Below, one piece after another: positions 1 to 9,670 of a stretch of 64,000 bases of DNA. Positions within the stretch are counted from its first letter, which is position 1. Each line of letters opens with the position of its first letter. The stretch comes from Candidatus Thorarchaeota archaeon (GTDB taxonomy: Archaea; Asgardarchaeota; Thorarchaeia; Thorarchaeales; Thorarchaeaceae), in the NCBI GenBank assembly GCA_046482545.1, contig JAWOEX010000021.1, positions 192,001 through 256,000 of the forward strand, written 5' to 3'. Position numbers and translations under genes: made by a program. The notes under the pieces were generated by a model, which was given only the letters and a program-made list of their open reading frames with translations, made no database searches and was not told the DNA's origin.

Positions 1-88
1 GAAAAACAAGACGAGCTCCAATCCGTGTAAACACATATGGAATAGAGGTAATCCGTTTCGAGACAAGCTCTGTAGAAAGTAATCCGAG

Positions 89-1585
89 TTATCTATGAAG
101 TCGTTTTATGGAAGCCAGAGGTTCTTGCAAATGCCTATAGAAGTAACGTAAGGGATTACGGAGTGCATAGAGCAAGAAAATCAACAGAAGAAAGCCCAAG
201 TAGATGTTTCTACTTGGAATCAGTAACAAAGCAGTCATAATCAGTGGACTAATAATGCTCATGAGTCTAGGCTTAGATACAGCAACACTTGGTGAACACA
301 TGTCGAATGCAGAGAAAATGCAGAGGAAGGGAATTAGAAGTACAAGATAATACTTGTAGATTCCACGTGGGGACCATAAGTGAACCCACATTACAAGCAG
401 CATGGTCAGAAAGAGCAACCGCTTCCAATACGATGTGAGTTGATTGTCATTTTTCTTCTCAAAGAGCATAAGGGCGAATAGGGGCAACAGTCCTACTAGA
501 AGGGCGATTGAGTAGTAATTCATAAGATTCACAATCTGTGTGAGTTCTGGAGGTGCACCTACCACAATGAAAAAGACAGCCAGCGTGATTGGTTGATTTC
601 CTGCTGGTGGTGAAGACAAATCATCAAGGAGAATAGCTCCTGCCCGCTGAAAAACATAATGTAGGTAGTTGCTAGGATTGAACACATAGGGGAAAGACAA
701 TATTATAGCGTAGAGAAGGACCAGAATTGCTACCTTTGCAAAATCAAGCAGATCCAGTTCATCACCAGCCTCTTCCTCAGATTCATCCGTCTCTTCCCTT
801 TCGATACTTGACTGGCTGGAGCCATGATTCGGAGCCCTTTTGAGCAAGTAAGCCAGTAGAGGAAGACCAAAGAAGAAAGCTGTCTGTTTGAAGAGTGCAG
901 CGGTTACCACAGCAAGAGTACCAAGAATCCGATGCTGTTTCATCAGCAAATAAAATCCTAAAAACGAGAAGAAAACAAAAGGAGCAGGATTGAGCCATTC
1001 GAAAGATGTATGGTAGAGTACAAGGGGATTGAGCAAATAGGTGGCAGCAGAAAGAGCGGCCCGATTTCTATTCTGTGCTAGGTAGTTGGTGATACCATAT
1101 ATCGGAAATGCTGTTATGAAGCCAAAGAATGAGATTAAGGCCCCAATTCCATATGGATGAATGGGTAGCATCGCACCGATAACGCAAAGATAGAGAAATA
1201 GCGGTGGGAAGAAATAAGGAACCGCATATTCTGTACCATTTACAACGATAGTTTCAAAGCTCTCAGTATAAGGCATGTGGCCATTGAGGAATTGTTTTGC
1301 CCACGAAACATAGTAGTAGTCGTAGTCAGCCCATCCTTCAAATTCGTAATGAAGTGTATAGCCAAGAATGTCGATGGAACCTGCTCCGTTCCATGCAGCC
1401 CGAAATGGCCTAGTTCCCTGTTCAAAATATGGTATCGCTTGACTGAATATCCAAGTCCATACTATGCCGCTAATCACTAGAACAACAAGAAACAATCTGT
1501 GAGCGGAAATTACGCCCCAAGCAGCATCAAACGACCTCCAAATCCTTGTTTGCCGCATGCCTTTTTGATTAGGGACGGTAGCCAT
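89..1585 (-). CDS. Polytopic GT-C membrane glycosyltransferase (GT87/PIG-M-like), paralog 1
   Basis: About 10-12 hydrophobic segments; acidic first-loop motif EGWADYDYYY, then G.MPY and YFFPPL; YLLNPL; ALFKQ; KYY. This is the typical GT-C motif order. Confidence 0.7.
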   Translation of the reverse strand: MATVPNQKGMRQTRIWRSFDAAWGVISAHRLFLVVLVISGIVWTWIFSQAIPYFEQGTRPFRAAWNGAGSIDILGYTLHYEFEGWADYDYYYVSWAKQFLNGHMPYTESFETIVVNGTEYAVPYFFPPLFLYLCVIGAMLPIHPYGIGALISFFGFITAFPIYGITNYLAQNRNRAALSAATYLLNPLVLYHTSFEWLNPAPFVFFSFLGFYLLMKQHRILGTLAVVTAALFKQTAFFFGLPLLAYLLKRAPNHGSSQSSIEREETDESEEEAGDELDLLDFAKVAILVLLYAIILSFPYVFNPSNYLHYVFQRAGAILLDDLSSPPAGNQPITLAVFFIVVGAPPELTQIVNLMNYYSIALLVGLLPLFALMLFEKKNDNQLTSYWKRLLFLTMLLVMWVHLWSPRGIYKYYLVLLIPFLCIFSAFDMCSPSVAVSKPRLMSIISPLIMTALLLIPSRNIYLGFLLLIFLLYALRNPLRYFYRHLQEPLASIKRLHR

Positions 1586-1586
1586 T

Positions 1587-3119
1587 TCATTTCCCCCTAT
1601 TCATCGAAATGCGACGACACGTTATCAAAATCGATTGCGGAACGAATCTTCTGATAGTTGACGTGAAACCCCTCCATATTTTCCCAATGGGACCCACCAG
1701 CAAATAGCAGAAAAGTATCAGTAAGACAAAAACGAAATAGATATTGCGAGGAGGAATCAGGATAAGCAAACTTGCAACAAATGGAAACCAAAGCATGGAA
1801 AGGGATACATTCACGTGCTCTCCGCATTGCTGAATCATAGAAGCTGATGAGAAAATAGAGAAGAAAGGAACAAACAGTGTGAAGTAGTACTTGAATACGC
1901 CTCGAGGGCCCATTAAGTGCACCCAGAACATCATCAACATCGTAAGAAAGAGGACTCTTCCAAGATAGTGCTGGACACGACCTTCATCCTTGGGCTCAAT
2001 CAGCATAAGACCCACAAATACCACAACACCAAACCACAGAAGAGCACCGCTTGATACAATCGAATCAAGAAGCATTGCTAGCTCGGGCATATCAGCAACA
2101 ACCGGGAGAACCTGCAAGCGCATTGGCTGTCCATATGATGGGGGTTCTGTAAAAGATTCTAGAGGGAACCCACCAGCCGCCAATAACAAAAAGGCAATCA
2201 TCTGAGGCTGAGCCAAATAGAACGGGAGCAATACGATAGCCGCATAAATGCAGGCCAATAGTGCGTTCTTTGCGAACCCCAAGAAATCAATCCTTTCGAT
2301 GAGATCATCCATGAAAGAATTCTCAGATTCCGCTGCGATTGGTTCTAGTTCTGGGTCTTTATCTGCCGATACAAGTCGCGGTCTGAGTAGAAGGTGAATA
2401 ATCAGGGGGAACCCAAGAAACCAAGCAGTCTGTTTAAACAAGGCTGCGGTAACAAAACAGAAAGTACCCAAGTACTTGTGATTGCGCAGGAGTAGATAAT
2501 ACCCCAGAAAGAAGGAGAATATAAAGGGAGCAGTATTTGTCCAGAGATAAGTCGTATGATACAGAGTGAGTGGATTGAGTAAATACGTTAGAGCTGCAAT
2601 CTCACCCACATGCCTGTTTGATGATAACTCGGTAGCGATTCCGTAAATGGGAAGTACGGCAAGATATCCACAGATGGCGATTAAGAGTCCTATTCCCCAA
2701 TTATCAACAGGAAATAGAATCCCCAGGCCATAGAATAGAGCAGAATATGGAGGGAATATATAGAGGCCGTTGTTGTTCTCAACCCCGTCAATGACAATAT
2801 GACCAAAATCCTCACCGTAGGGTAGAACGCCCCGCAGGATGTTATGACCCCAGTGCACATAGAAGAAACTGTAATCTGTGTAACCTTCCAGCTGATACGG
2901 AATTGTGATACCGAATAATTCGAACTCTCCTGGCGTGACACCCGGACCTAGCCAGACGCCTCGGCCTTTCCATACCGACGAATCCAAGTAATGAGATACT
3001 GCAGTACTGAAAACGCGGACCCAGACAAAGAGGCCTACCAAGAGGACCAAGACAAGAGGGCCATACTTGAAGATTAATTTCTTAGCCCGGATTCTATAGC
3101 TCATGTTCTCTTCATCCAT
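1587..3119 (-). CDS. Polytopic GT-C membrane glycosyltransferase (GT87/PIG-M-like), paralog 2
   Basis: Same motifs as the neighbour (EGYTDYSFFY, YIFPPY, TYLLNPL, VTAALFKQTA, PRGVFKYY); its stop lies 1 nt before the paralog 1 start. Confidence 0.7.
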   Translation of the reverse strand: MDEENMSYRIRAKKLIFKYGPLVLVLLVGLFVWVRVFSTAVSHYLDSSVWKGRGVWLGPGVTPGEFELFGITIPYQLEGYTDYSFFYVHWGHNILRGVLPYGEDFGHIVIDGVENNNGLYIFPPYSALFYGLGILFPVDNWGIGLLIAICGYLAVLPIYGIATELSSNRHVGEIAALTYLLNPLTLYHTTYLWTNTAPFIFSFFLGYYLLLRNHKYLGTFCFVTAALFKQTAWFLGFPLIIHLLLRPRLVSADKDPELEPIAAESENSFMDDLIERIDFLGFAKNALLACIYAAIVLLPFYLAQPQMIAFLLLAAGGFPLESFTEPPSYGQPMRLQVLPVVADMPELAMLLDSIVSSGALLWFGVVVFVGLMLIEPKDEGRVQHYLGRVLFLTMLMMFWVHLMGPRGVFKYYFTLFVPFFSIFSSASMIQQCGEHVNVSLSMLWFPFVASLLILIPPRNIYFVFVLLILFCYLLVGPIGKIWRGFTSTIRRFVPQSILITCRRISMNRGK

Positions 3120-3165
3120 TAACGGCTACATTAACCTTTTTTCCGGAGTAAGAGACCTCTGATAA

Positions 3166-5253
3166 CTACATGTGCAGAGTGGCGGTACTAGTCCTGCCGC
3201 TTTTTCTAACATCGATTGTAGGCACACCTTCCCACTCAGCAACATCCGTATGCGTAATCAGTAGTATCTGCTCGAAGCTCTCATCGTTGACCAGTGTCCT
3301 GACAACTGACGTTCTTCTTTGCTCATCCAAGCCGCCCAGTGGTTCATCTAGTAGAACTGATTTGACACGTGGTGCCACAGCGGGGCTCTCTTTCAATGGT
3401 CGAATACTGCTCATTGTTCTGCTAATGCCGAGTCGAAGGCCGAGGCTTATTGCGGTTCTATCTCCGAAACTGAGTTGGGACGTTTTCTTACGAGCATTGT
3501 CACGATCATCCCAGATGGCTAGAGCGAGACCAGGACCAGACCTACCTCTTGCAGCGGTTGGTTCCAGATCAATACTGGTATACTGGCCTCCAGTAAAAGC
3601 CCGTACATACTGATTCGTAGCGCCCCGAATGATGCCAATAAGTCGCTTTTGGAAAACATAGTCGGCAACGAAACCTTTGACTAATTTTCGTCGCACATAC
3701 TTAGCATGGGTATTCAATTTTTTGAGGCGCTCAATTTCTTCACCGATGTCCTTCATCTCAGATTTCTTGTTCTCAAGCTCGGATATCCGTTTATGCTCCT
3801 CGGAGATATTTTCCTCAATGGTGCCGCATTCTTTCTGTAGTGATGACAAGGTGTTGTTTAGGACGGCAATTTTCCGTTGTAATTCAACTATGCTTTCAGC
3901 ATCATGTTTCTCAAGCAAATTATCAATTTTCGCTACACCAATTTTGGCAACCGCTTGTTCCAGCTTTTCGGACAACTCATCAACTGCATCTGCAGCATCG
4001 TCCACATCCTTCTGCTTTTCCTTTATCCCTGTTACTGCATCAATGGCCTTTGTCACTTGGTCTAGTCGTGAATCAAGTTCGTCAGATTCTGATTTCAACT
4101 TGGACCGCGCCGATTCTAGATTCTCATATTTCGTTTTGCCCTTGGCGATTCTATCACGGTAATCTCTCAGAATACCTTCCTTTTCCCCTTCAGAAAGAGG
4201 TTTGGAACAGGTTGGACATACGCTCTCTCCCTCTTCATCTGTTTCAGCAGAGCCCTCGAGTGTGTTGATTTTCTCCAGCACATCTTTTCGAGTACCCAAG
4301 ATTTCGCCCATTTCGCGGTCGATTGAAGATATCTCATCCTCAATCTCTTCCATTCTTGAGCGGATTCTCTTCGATTCCGTCTTTAATGACTCGTATCGTG
4401 CCTTCACGACTTCTTCTTCAGCACTTACCAGTCCCGCGTTCTCCAAATCCTTGTCTCGTTCTGAGACCGCCCGTTCATAATCGTTTTTCTTTTCTTCCAG
4501 TTTCTTGATTGTATTACGTATCTTCTCCAGTTCACTCGATGAAGGCAGACGGGTTAACAGTTGTTTCGTGCTTGAGATTTCACCTTGTTTCTCTTCAAGG
4601 GATTCCTGAAGACGATCTTCCCGATTCTTGGTTGCTTCTATTTGTTCTTCAATATGAGATGGCTTCACATAGTCAGCTTCGAGGCTTCGGAAGCGCGCTT
4701 CAAGATCTGACTCAAGATAATCTATGTGGTCTGACATTTCGTTGAGGAGACCGATATTGTATATGTTGATTAGCAGGTCTCGGAGTACAGCAGGAGTAGC
4801 GTTTGCAATAAGAGATACCTCACCCTGGCGCACCAATAGCGTATTGAGAGCCTGCTTCAAGTCCAAGTTCAGGATACTCTCAAGCTTGCGATCCACCGAA
4901 CGGCTCTTATCTGCAAGCCTCCTCCAAGTATCCTCTTTGCGAGCAAACAGGGCCACATCAAGTCCTGTTGCCGGGTCATATGAGCGATCAATCTTGTATT
5001 CCGTACCTGCAACCTCGAACACCAGCTTGACTTTGCAGAATGACGAAGTGAAACTTATCAGTTCCTCATTCGTGAGTTCCACAGCCGAAGAGCCCCATAG
5101 ACCCCAGAGAATAGCTTCGAAAAGGCTCGATTTCCCGCTTGAGTTACGACCCCGAATGAGAATAAGACCACCAGGTAGCTCGCCCCCTTGTTCAGGAAGC
5201 TTCAAATCTCTAAATGGTTTGAAATTCTGGAGTTCAATGGAGAGCAGTTTCAT
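3166..5253 (-). CDS. rad50: Rad50/SbcC SMC-like ATPase
   Basis: Walker A GRNSSGKSS, Q-loop VRQGE, coiled coils with central CPTC zinc hook, signature LSFGD, Walker B/D-loop LLDEP, ITH; overlaps the mre11 stop. Confidence 0.92.
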   Translation of the reverse strand: MKLLSIELQNFKPFRDLKLPEQGGELPGGLILIRGRNSSGKSSLFEAILWGLWGSSAVELTNEELISFTSSFCKVKLVFEVAGTEYKIDRSYDPATGLDVALFARKEDTWRRLADKSRSVDRKLESILNLDLKQALNTLLVRQGEVSLIANATPAVLRDLLINIYNIGLLNEMSDHIDYLESDLEARFRSLEADYVKPSHIEEQIEATKNREDRLQESLEEKQGEISSTKQLLTRLPSSSELEKIRNTIKKLEEKKNDYERAVSERDKDLENAGLVSAEEEVVKARYESLKTESKRIRSRMEEIEDEISSIDREMGEILGTRKDVLEKINTLEGSAETDEEGESVCPTCSKPLSEGEKEGILRDYRDRIAKGKTKYENLESARSKLKSESDELDSRLDQVTKAIDAVTGIKEKQKDVDDAADAVDELSEKLEQAVAKIGVAKIDNLLEKHDAESIVELQRKIAVLNNTLSSLQKECGTIEENISEEHKRISELENKKSEMKDIGEEIERLKKLNTHAKYVRRKLVKGFVADYVFQKRLIGIIRGATNQYVRAFTGGQYTSIDLEPTAARGRSGPGLALAIWDDRDNARKKTSQLSFGDRTAISLGLRLGISRTMSSIRPLKESPAVAPRVKSVLLDEPLGGLDEQRRTSVVRTLVNDESFEQILLITHTDVAEWEGVPTIDVRKSGRTSTATLHM

Positions 5254-6560
5254 TCCGTCCCCTCCTCAAGTAGATCATCATAAACAAGCTTGTCTTTGTC
5301 AGGGTTAACTGAAGCTCTTAGGGCTTTTACAGTAATCGCAACAAGTGTATCAACATCCAGTGATTCGTCCAGTTCGAGTGTGTCAAGATAATTTTGAAAG
5401 TCCTTTTCTGGGTCTTCGATAAGATACTCACTCTGGATTTCGGGATAAGCAGCTTTCACATGTTCTGTATCCTCTTGTTTTATGCTCCAAACCAGCTGAA
5501 CGAGGTTGTAACCTGACTCTTGGGATAGAAGACGCATCCTTAGCGTTTCCATGGCCATGTTGAGATCCATCGAAGTGAGCTTTGCTGAGTTGCCTTGGAA
5601 GATTAGTCTGACTCGGGCGGCTGTGTCAGGGTTCCAATCAGCTCGAATTCCCTTGTCAACAAGCCAGCCTTCTACGTGCTCGATTATGGATTCGATGGTG
5701 TCATCCTTTTCTATCTCGATTCTCTCGTTATAGACAGGACGGGAGAATTCGAGATGATGAGGATGTACGTTAGGCTTTTTGCCCGACTCCAAATCAATGA
5801 CCAAGAATCCTTTTTTGTGCTTTACTTCGTCGAATCTCCATCGTTCAGGTGAACCAGCATACCAAGCCCTGTCAGAGTACTTGTGTTGGTGATGATCATG
5901 ACCAAGAGCGATGTAATCATAGCCCACGCTGAACATCTGCTCATACAGACTCTTGTCGAGAGTCATCCCATGTGCCACCCCGATAGATAGGCGATTACTG
6001 TCTGGCTTTTGATGAGTGAGTATCCAATCGTTGAAGTTGGCTACATTATTGCTTTTTTCAAGAACCGAGTGCTCCAAGAATGGAAAGCAGTATACGTCAA
6101 GCTCATCATATGAATGGACTAAGGGTTCGCCATTGGCAAATGCTTTCTTCAAGTCCATCTGAGTGGCAACATCCAAACCGGGGATTGACATCTCCAACGG
6201 ATTCAGAAGAGAAACATCCAGAGTACGATAGAGACCGTGATTCCCTTCTATAATCAGAATGGGTACTCCGGTGCTCTTAATGAACTCCTGCATAACTGAG
6301 AGAGCAGTTTCTTGAGCAACTACGGGAGGTTGTGATGGATTGTTTTCCCAAGGTGAATCATATAGATCTCCAGCATGCACAACCAAATCAGGTAGGGGAT
6401 CCAAGTTAGCAATTTTAGCGAAAATATCTTCAAACCTATCGTAGAAATCATGTTCCAAAAGACGACTTCTGAGCTCAACACGCCAGGCGTTATGTTTGAC
6501 GCCTTCTCGGAACCTTGTGCCGAGATGTGTATCAGAAATGTGCGCTATTCGAGCTTCCAA
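5250..6560 (-). CDS. mre11: Mre11/SbcD nuclease
   Basis: Phosphoesterase motifs SDTHLG, AGDLYD, EGNHG, AHG, LGHDH, YAGSPE; TTG start. Confidence 0.92.
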   Translation of the reverse strand: MEARIAHISDTHLGTRFREGVKHNAWRVELRSRLLEHDFYDRFEDIFAKIANLDPLPDLVVHAGDLYDSPWENNPSQPPVVAQETALSVMQEFIKSTGVPILIIEGNHGLYRTLDVSLLNPLEMSIPGLDVATQMDLKKAFANGEPLVHSYDELDVYCFPFLEHSVLEKSNNVANFNDWILTHQKPDSNRLSIGVAHGMTLDKSLYEQMFSVGYDYIALGHDHHQHKYSDRAWYAGSPERWRFDEVKHKKGFLVIDLESGKKPNVHPHHLEFSRPVYNERIEIEKDDTIESIIEHVEGWLVDKGIRADWNPDTAARVRLIFQGNSAKLTSMDLNMAMETLRMRLLSQESGYNLVQLVWSIKQEDTEHVKAAYPEIQSEYLIEDPEKDFQNYLDTLELDESLDVDTLVAITVKALRASVNPDKDKLVYDDLLEEGTE

Positions 6561-6571
6561 TTTGGCCGTCC

Positions 6572-8326
6572 TCAGATAATGTGTTTTTCAGAGTCATTTC
6601 CAGAACTGCTTTTGTAATTTCCTTTGTCACGCCTATAGATGTCATCGAAAAGGGGTATTTTCACAGGAATTGGCATTTCTCTGTAGGAGGCTGTGAGTAC
6701 AGCTTCCCCCCGCGACATGACGCGGAATTCATTCTCAAATCCTGCTATATTTACACTCGCATTTTCGATGCAGGAGGCGATTTCCCGTTCATTTCCTAAT
6801 CTCAGATTGATTTCCGTATTCATCTGACTCAAGATTACATTGTCGAGGACACTCACCTGTTGGCTAATTACCAACAGCCCAATGTTAAATTTCCGTCCCT
6901 GTCGTGAAATGTCTTTGAATACTGAACGTCCCCGCATCAGCTCAGGATTCAAAATGGATGGAGCCTCTTCAACAGTCACCTGAATGACAGGAAGGTTTTT
7001 CGGATCCATTACTGGGGAATCATTGGCGGTTCCGCTAATACCGTAGAATGACTTGGCTTTCTTTTTGACTCTCTTAAAGAGACTAGCAGGTAATCTCCTC
7101 TGGCCCTGTTTTTCGAAGTCTCCAATGTTTCCACTGCTCTTCAATGCCCGTCGAAGGTCTGAAAGCGTTCTTGTGACCACAGTTGTCAAGAGGAACTGCT
7201 CCATATCTCCCATCAGGCTGGTGTTCACAACAAGTATCCGCCCTCGTTCCATTGCTTCAAAGATATCATCCAGAATAGAATTACCGGATTTTGCAAACAC
7301 AGGAGAACGCTCAACAAATCGTAGTCTTCTCTTGACAGCACGGAATGTTCCCTTTGTCGTCCAACCCGGACAGTCCTCCATGTCGAGAATGTCCGCTATC
7401 CAATCCTCTCCAGATTTGGAATACTGCCCATCGATGAAAGCTATCATTTGACCTGTGAAATCCATGATGGAATACAGATCTCTTGGCTTGATTTCCGCCC
7501 ATAAAATGCGTAGTTCTCGTGCATACCTGCGTATTTCTCTACTTGTAGCCGCCAGATGGGTTGTAAGGTAGTAGAAATCGCCAATGACCTTTGAGCGGGT
7601 CGTATCATCCATTTCCGCAACTATGTCTTGTATTCCGCATTCATCAACGCCAGTGGCAAATTCGTCGTGAGGGTCAATACAGAAAGCCGAAAGTCTAGTT
7701 CCACTATCACCGCTTCGTGATGCCTTAAGATTGGCATCGATGAATGACTTGATCAGTACCATCATCAGGTTACTCTTCCCAGCACCAGTGGCACCAAAAA
7801 TGCCGACATGCATTGGAAAATATTCAGCCTGCATTCTTACTGGAACTTCGAGTGTAGATTCGCCAACCTGCAAATCTCCACAGTACACTTCTCCTCCCGT
7901 CTGTGATGAAAGCATCTCTCGAACCAAAGAATCTGATTTTCCAGATATCGGACGGTAAACATCAGCAAGATGATCGGGCAGCCGTCGAGGGGAATTGAAT
8001 ACCCATTTACCCCCACGCCGCTCTGCATATCCGAGCAATCTTCCTTCCACCGAGAGCAACATGTTTCGTTCGATTCCCGATAGATAAGAATCACCCTCAA
8101 CCATAAGCGTTCCAGCCACCCGAGAGAGATTCTCCACTTGTCTCAGATAATTCTCTAATCCAAGGACACGGAAGAAAAAGATTCGCTCGTTGTCATCGCG
8201 GCAGGAATACACCATAAAGATTTCCCCAACGGCGATGTCTCTATTGGTACCCATTATTCCCAAGTGGGTTTGGTTACCAGTTCCAACCTTGCCGAAATGT
8301 TCCCCAAGTTTTGCTTTATCCATCAT
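6572..8326 (-). CDS. herA: HerA/FtsK-family bipolar helicase
   Basis: N-terminal HAS-barrel-like region, HVGIFGATGAGKS, DPHDEF, Walker B VTVEEAP, RQGRKF, ISQ; operon context. Confidence 0.88.
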   Translation of the reverse strand: MMDKAKLGEHFGKVGTGNQTHLGIMGTNRDIAVGEIFMVYSCRDDNERIFFFRVLGLENYLRQVENLSRVAGTLMVEGDSYLSGIERNMLLSVEGRLLGYAERRGGKWVFNSPRRLPDHLADVYRPISGKSDSLVREMLSSQTGGEVYCGDLQVGESTLEVPVRMQAEYFPMHVGIFGATGAGKSNLMMVLIKSFIDANLKASRSGDSGTRLSAFCIDPHDEFATGVDECGIQDIVAEMDDTTRSKVIGDFYYLTTHLAATSREIRRYARELRILWAEIKPRDLYSIMDFTGQMIAFIDGQYSKSGEDWIADILDMEDCPGWTTKGTFRAVKRRLRFVERSPVFAKSGNSILDDIFEAMERGRILVVNTSLMGDMEQFLLTTVVTRTLSDLRRALKSSGNIGDFEKQGQRRLPASLFKRVKKKAKSFYGISGTANDSPVMDPKNLPVIQVTVEEAPSILNPELMRGRSVFKDISRQGRKFNIGLLVISQQVSVLDNVILSQMNTEINLRLGNEREIASCIENASVNIAGFENEFRVMSRGEAVLTASYREMPIPVKIPLFDDIYRRDKGNYKSSSGNDSEKHII

Positions 8327-8343
8327 AATTCACCATCACGTTT

Positions 8344-9636
8344 CTATAGATTGTAGTCATCTCTCATTGGAGAAGTCTTCTCTGAACCCAGTTCCATTTC
8401 ATGCCGTACTTCTCTACAGACTTCTTGAGCTAACTTCACATCTTCGTAGCGTAGTTTACATTTCTCATGAGCAAGAGCCAGTGGTACAGGATATCCGTAC
8501 CAGCGAGCATCTCGGGACATGAACTCGATTTCTCTAAAGAGTTCTTTCTCATTCTTGCGAGTAGCATCTGGGTCATCCTTGACAAATATGTTGTGTAACC
8601 ACCACTTTCGATCGAAATCGATTCGAGACGGGCGATTCTCAGCAGAGAATCTGTATAGATAAGGAACACCGAGTCTTGGCGGAATGTAGGTCCTATCTGT
8701 ATAGATATGAAGGCCTCCACCCGGGTCTTCCTCGCTCGGAAGACGACAGAACCACTTTGCGTTGATGCCGTGCTCTTCTTTGGCTATCATAGCGATACGA
8801 TGTGCGAATGGAATGGTATGATGCTTGCTTACAGCACCGAGGATAACACCTTTCTGCCTAGCAAGTTCACACAACTCTCGAAGCATGAAGCCACTTGGCA
8901 TGAAAGGAAACCGTTTCTTAGGATGCGTATACACATACAAAGCTCCGTCCAATAGTAAGAATTTCGGTGAGATGTCACTAGTTAAGACATGTCTTGCAGC
9001 TGCATATTCAGAGGATTTGCGTAGCTCGTCATGGACGATGGAATTCGATAATCCCCGTTCTCCAGAAATCAGAGTGTGCATATTTTTGAGGTCGGGCAGG
9101 AATTTAGTGTATTTTGTTCCTTTCAAATCAGAAATGGATTTGATGTTTTCATCTTTTTCATAATCCCGGAAAAAAGGCAATACTAAGGTGCTCATGTATT
9201 TGCCGGGATAGATATCCTCTAGCTTCTCACCCATCTTTTTCCTTGCATCTCCTCGTATGCGGGAGTGCCAATGAGGATCCAACTTGGGCTGATCTCCCAA
9301 TTCTTGTTCGAGCTCAGAGCCAATGGGTTCGAAAGGCTTGCCGTCTGATGTGCTGGTATTAACCACTACTGTCGCTGTGCTGAATAAATGAATCCGGACA
9401 TCATCCAGCTGCATGAGACTGTCAGTTCCGGAGCCGTCAACGGCTGCAATCCTATAGTCCTCATCAAGCTTTGTGCCTGAGGGATAGGGCTCGATTACAT
9501 CAAGAAGTTCATCTCGTATTCGCTCCTCATCATGGGCGAATTCCTGCTCGTCACGGAGGTCCAGCTGATTCTGGATATCCGTAAAGAGGGTTCTAAGCGT
9601 CCGTTTGAAACCATCGGTAAGTATTTTCTCAAGCAT
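8344..9636 (-). CDS. nurA: NurA nuclease
   Basis: AAVDGS, LLLDGAL, VSK and GYPVPLALAHEKCK motifs of NurA; directly upstream of herA. Confidence 0.88.
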   Translation of the reverse strand: MLEKILTDGFKRTLRTLFTDIQNQLDLRDEQEFAHDEERIRDELLDVIEPYPSGTKLDEDYRIAAVDGSGTDSLMQLDDVRIHLFSTATVVVNTSTSDGKPFEPIGSELEQELGDQPKLDPHWHSRIRGDARKKMGEKLEDIYPGKYMSTLVLPFFRDYEKDENIKSISDLKGTKYTKFLPDLKNMHTLISGERGLSNSIVHDELRKSSEYAAARHVLTSDISPKFLLLDGALYVYTHPKKRFPFMPSGFMLRELCELARQKGVILGAVSKHHTIPFAHRIAMIAKEEHGINAKWFCRLPSEEDPGGGLHIYTDRTYIPPRLGVPYLYRFSAENRPSRIDFDRKWWLHNIFVKDDPDATRKNEKELFREIEFMSRDARWYGYPVPLALAHEKCKLRYEDVKLAQEVCREVRHEMELGSEKTSPMRDDYNL

Positions 9637-9670
9637 CTAATCATCCCTTGACATAACGTGGTTTGCTCAC

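Noticed and set aside
3170-5308. Long antisense ORFs over rad50 and similar shadow ORFs throughout the window
   Set aside because: They mirror strongly supported genes on the opposite strand and lack motifs.
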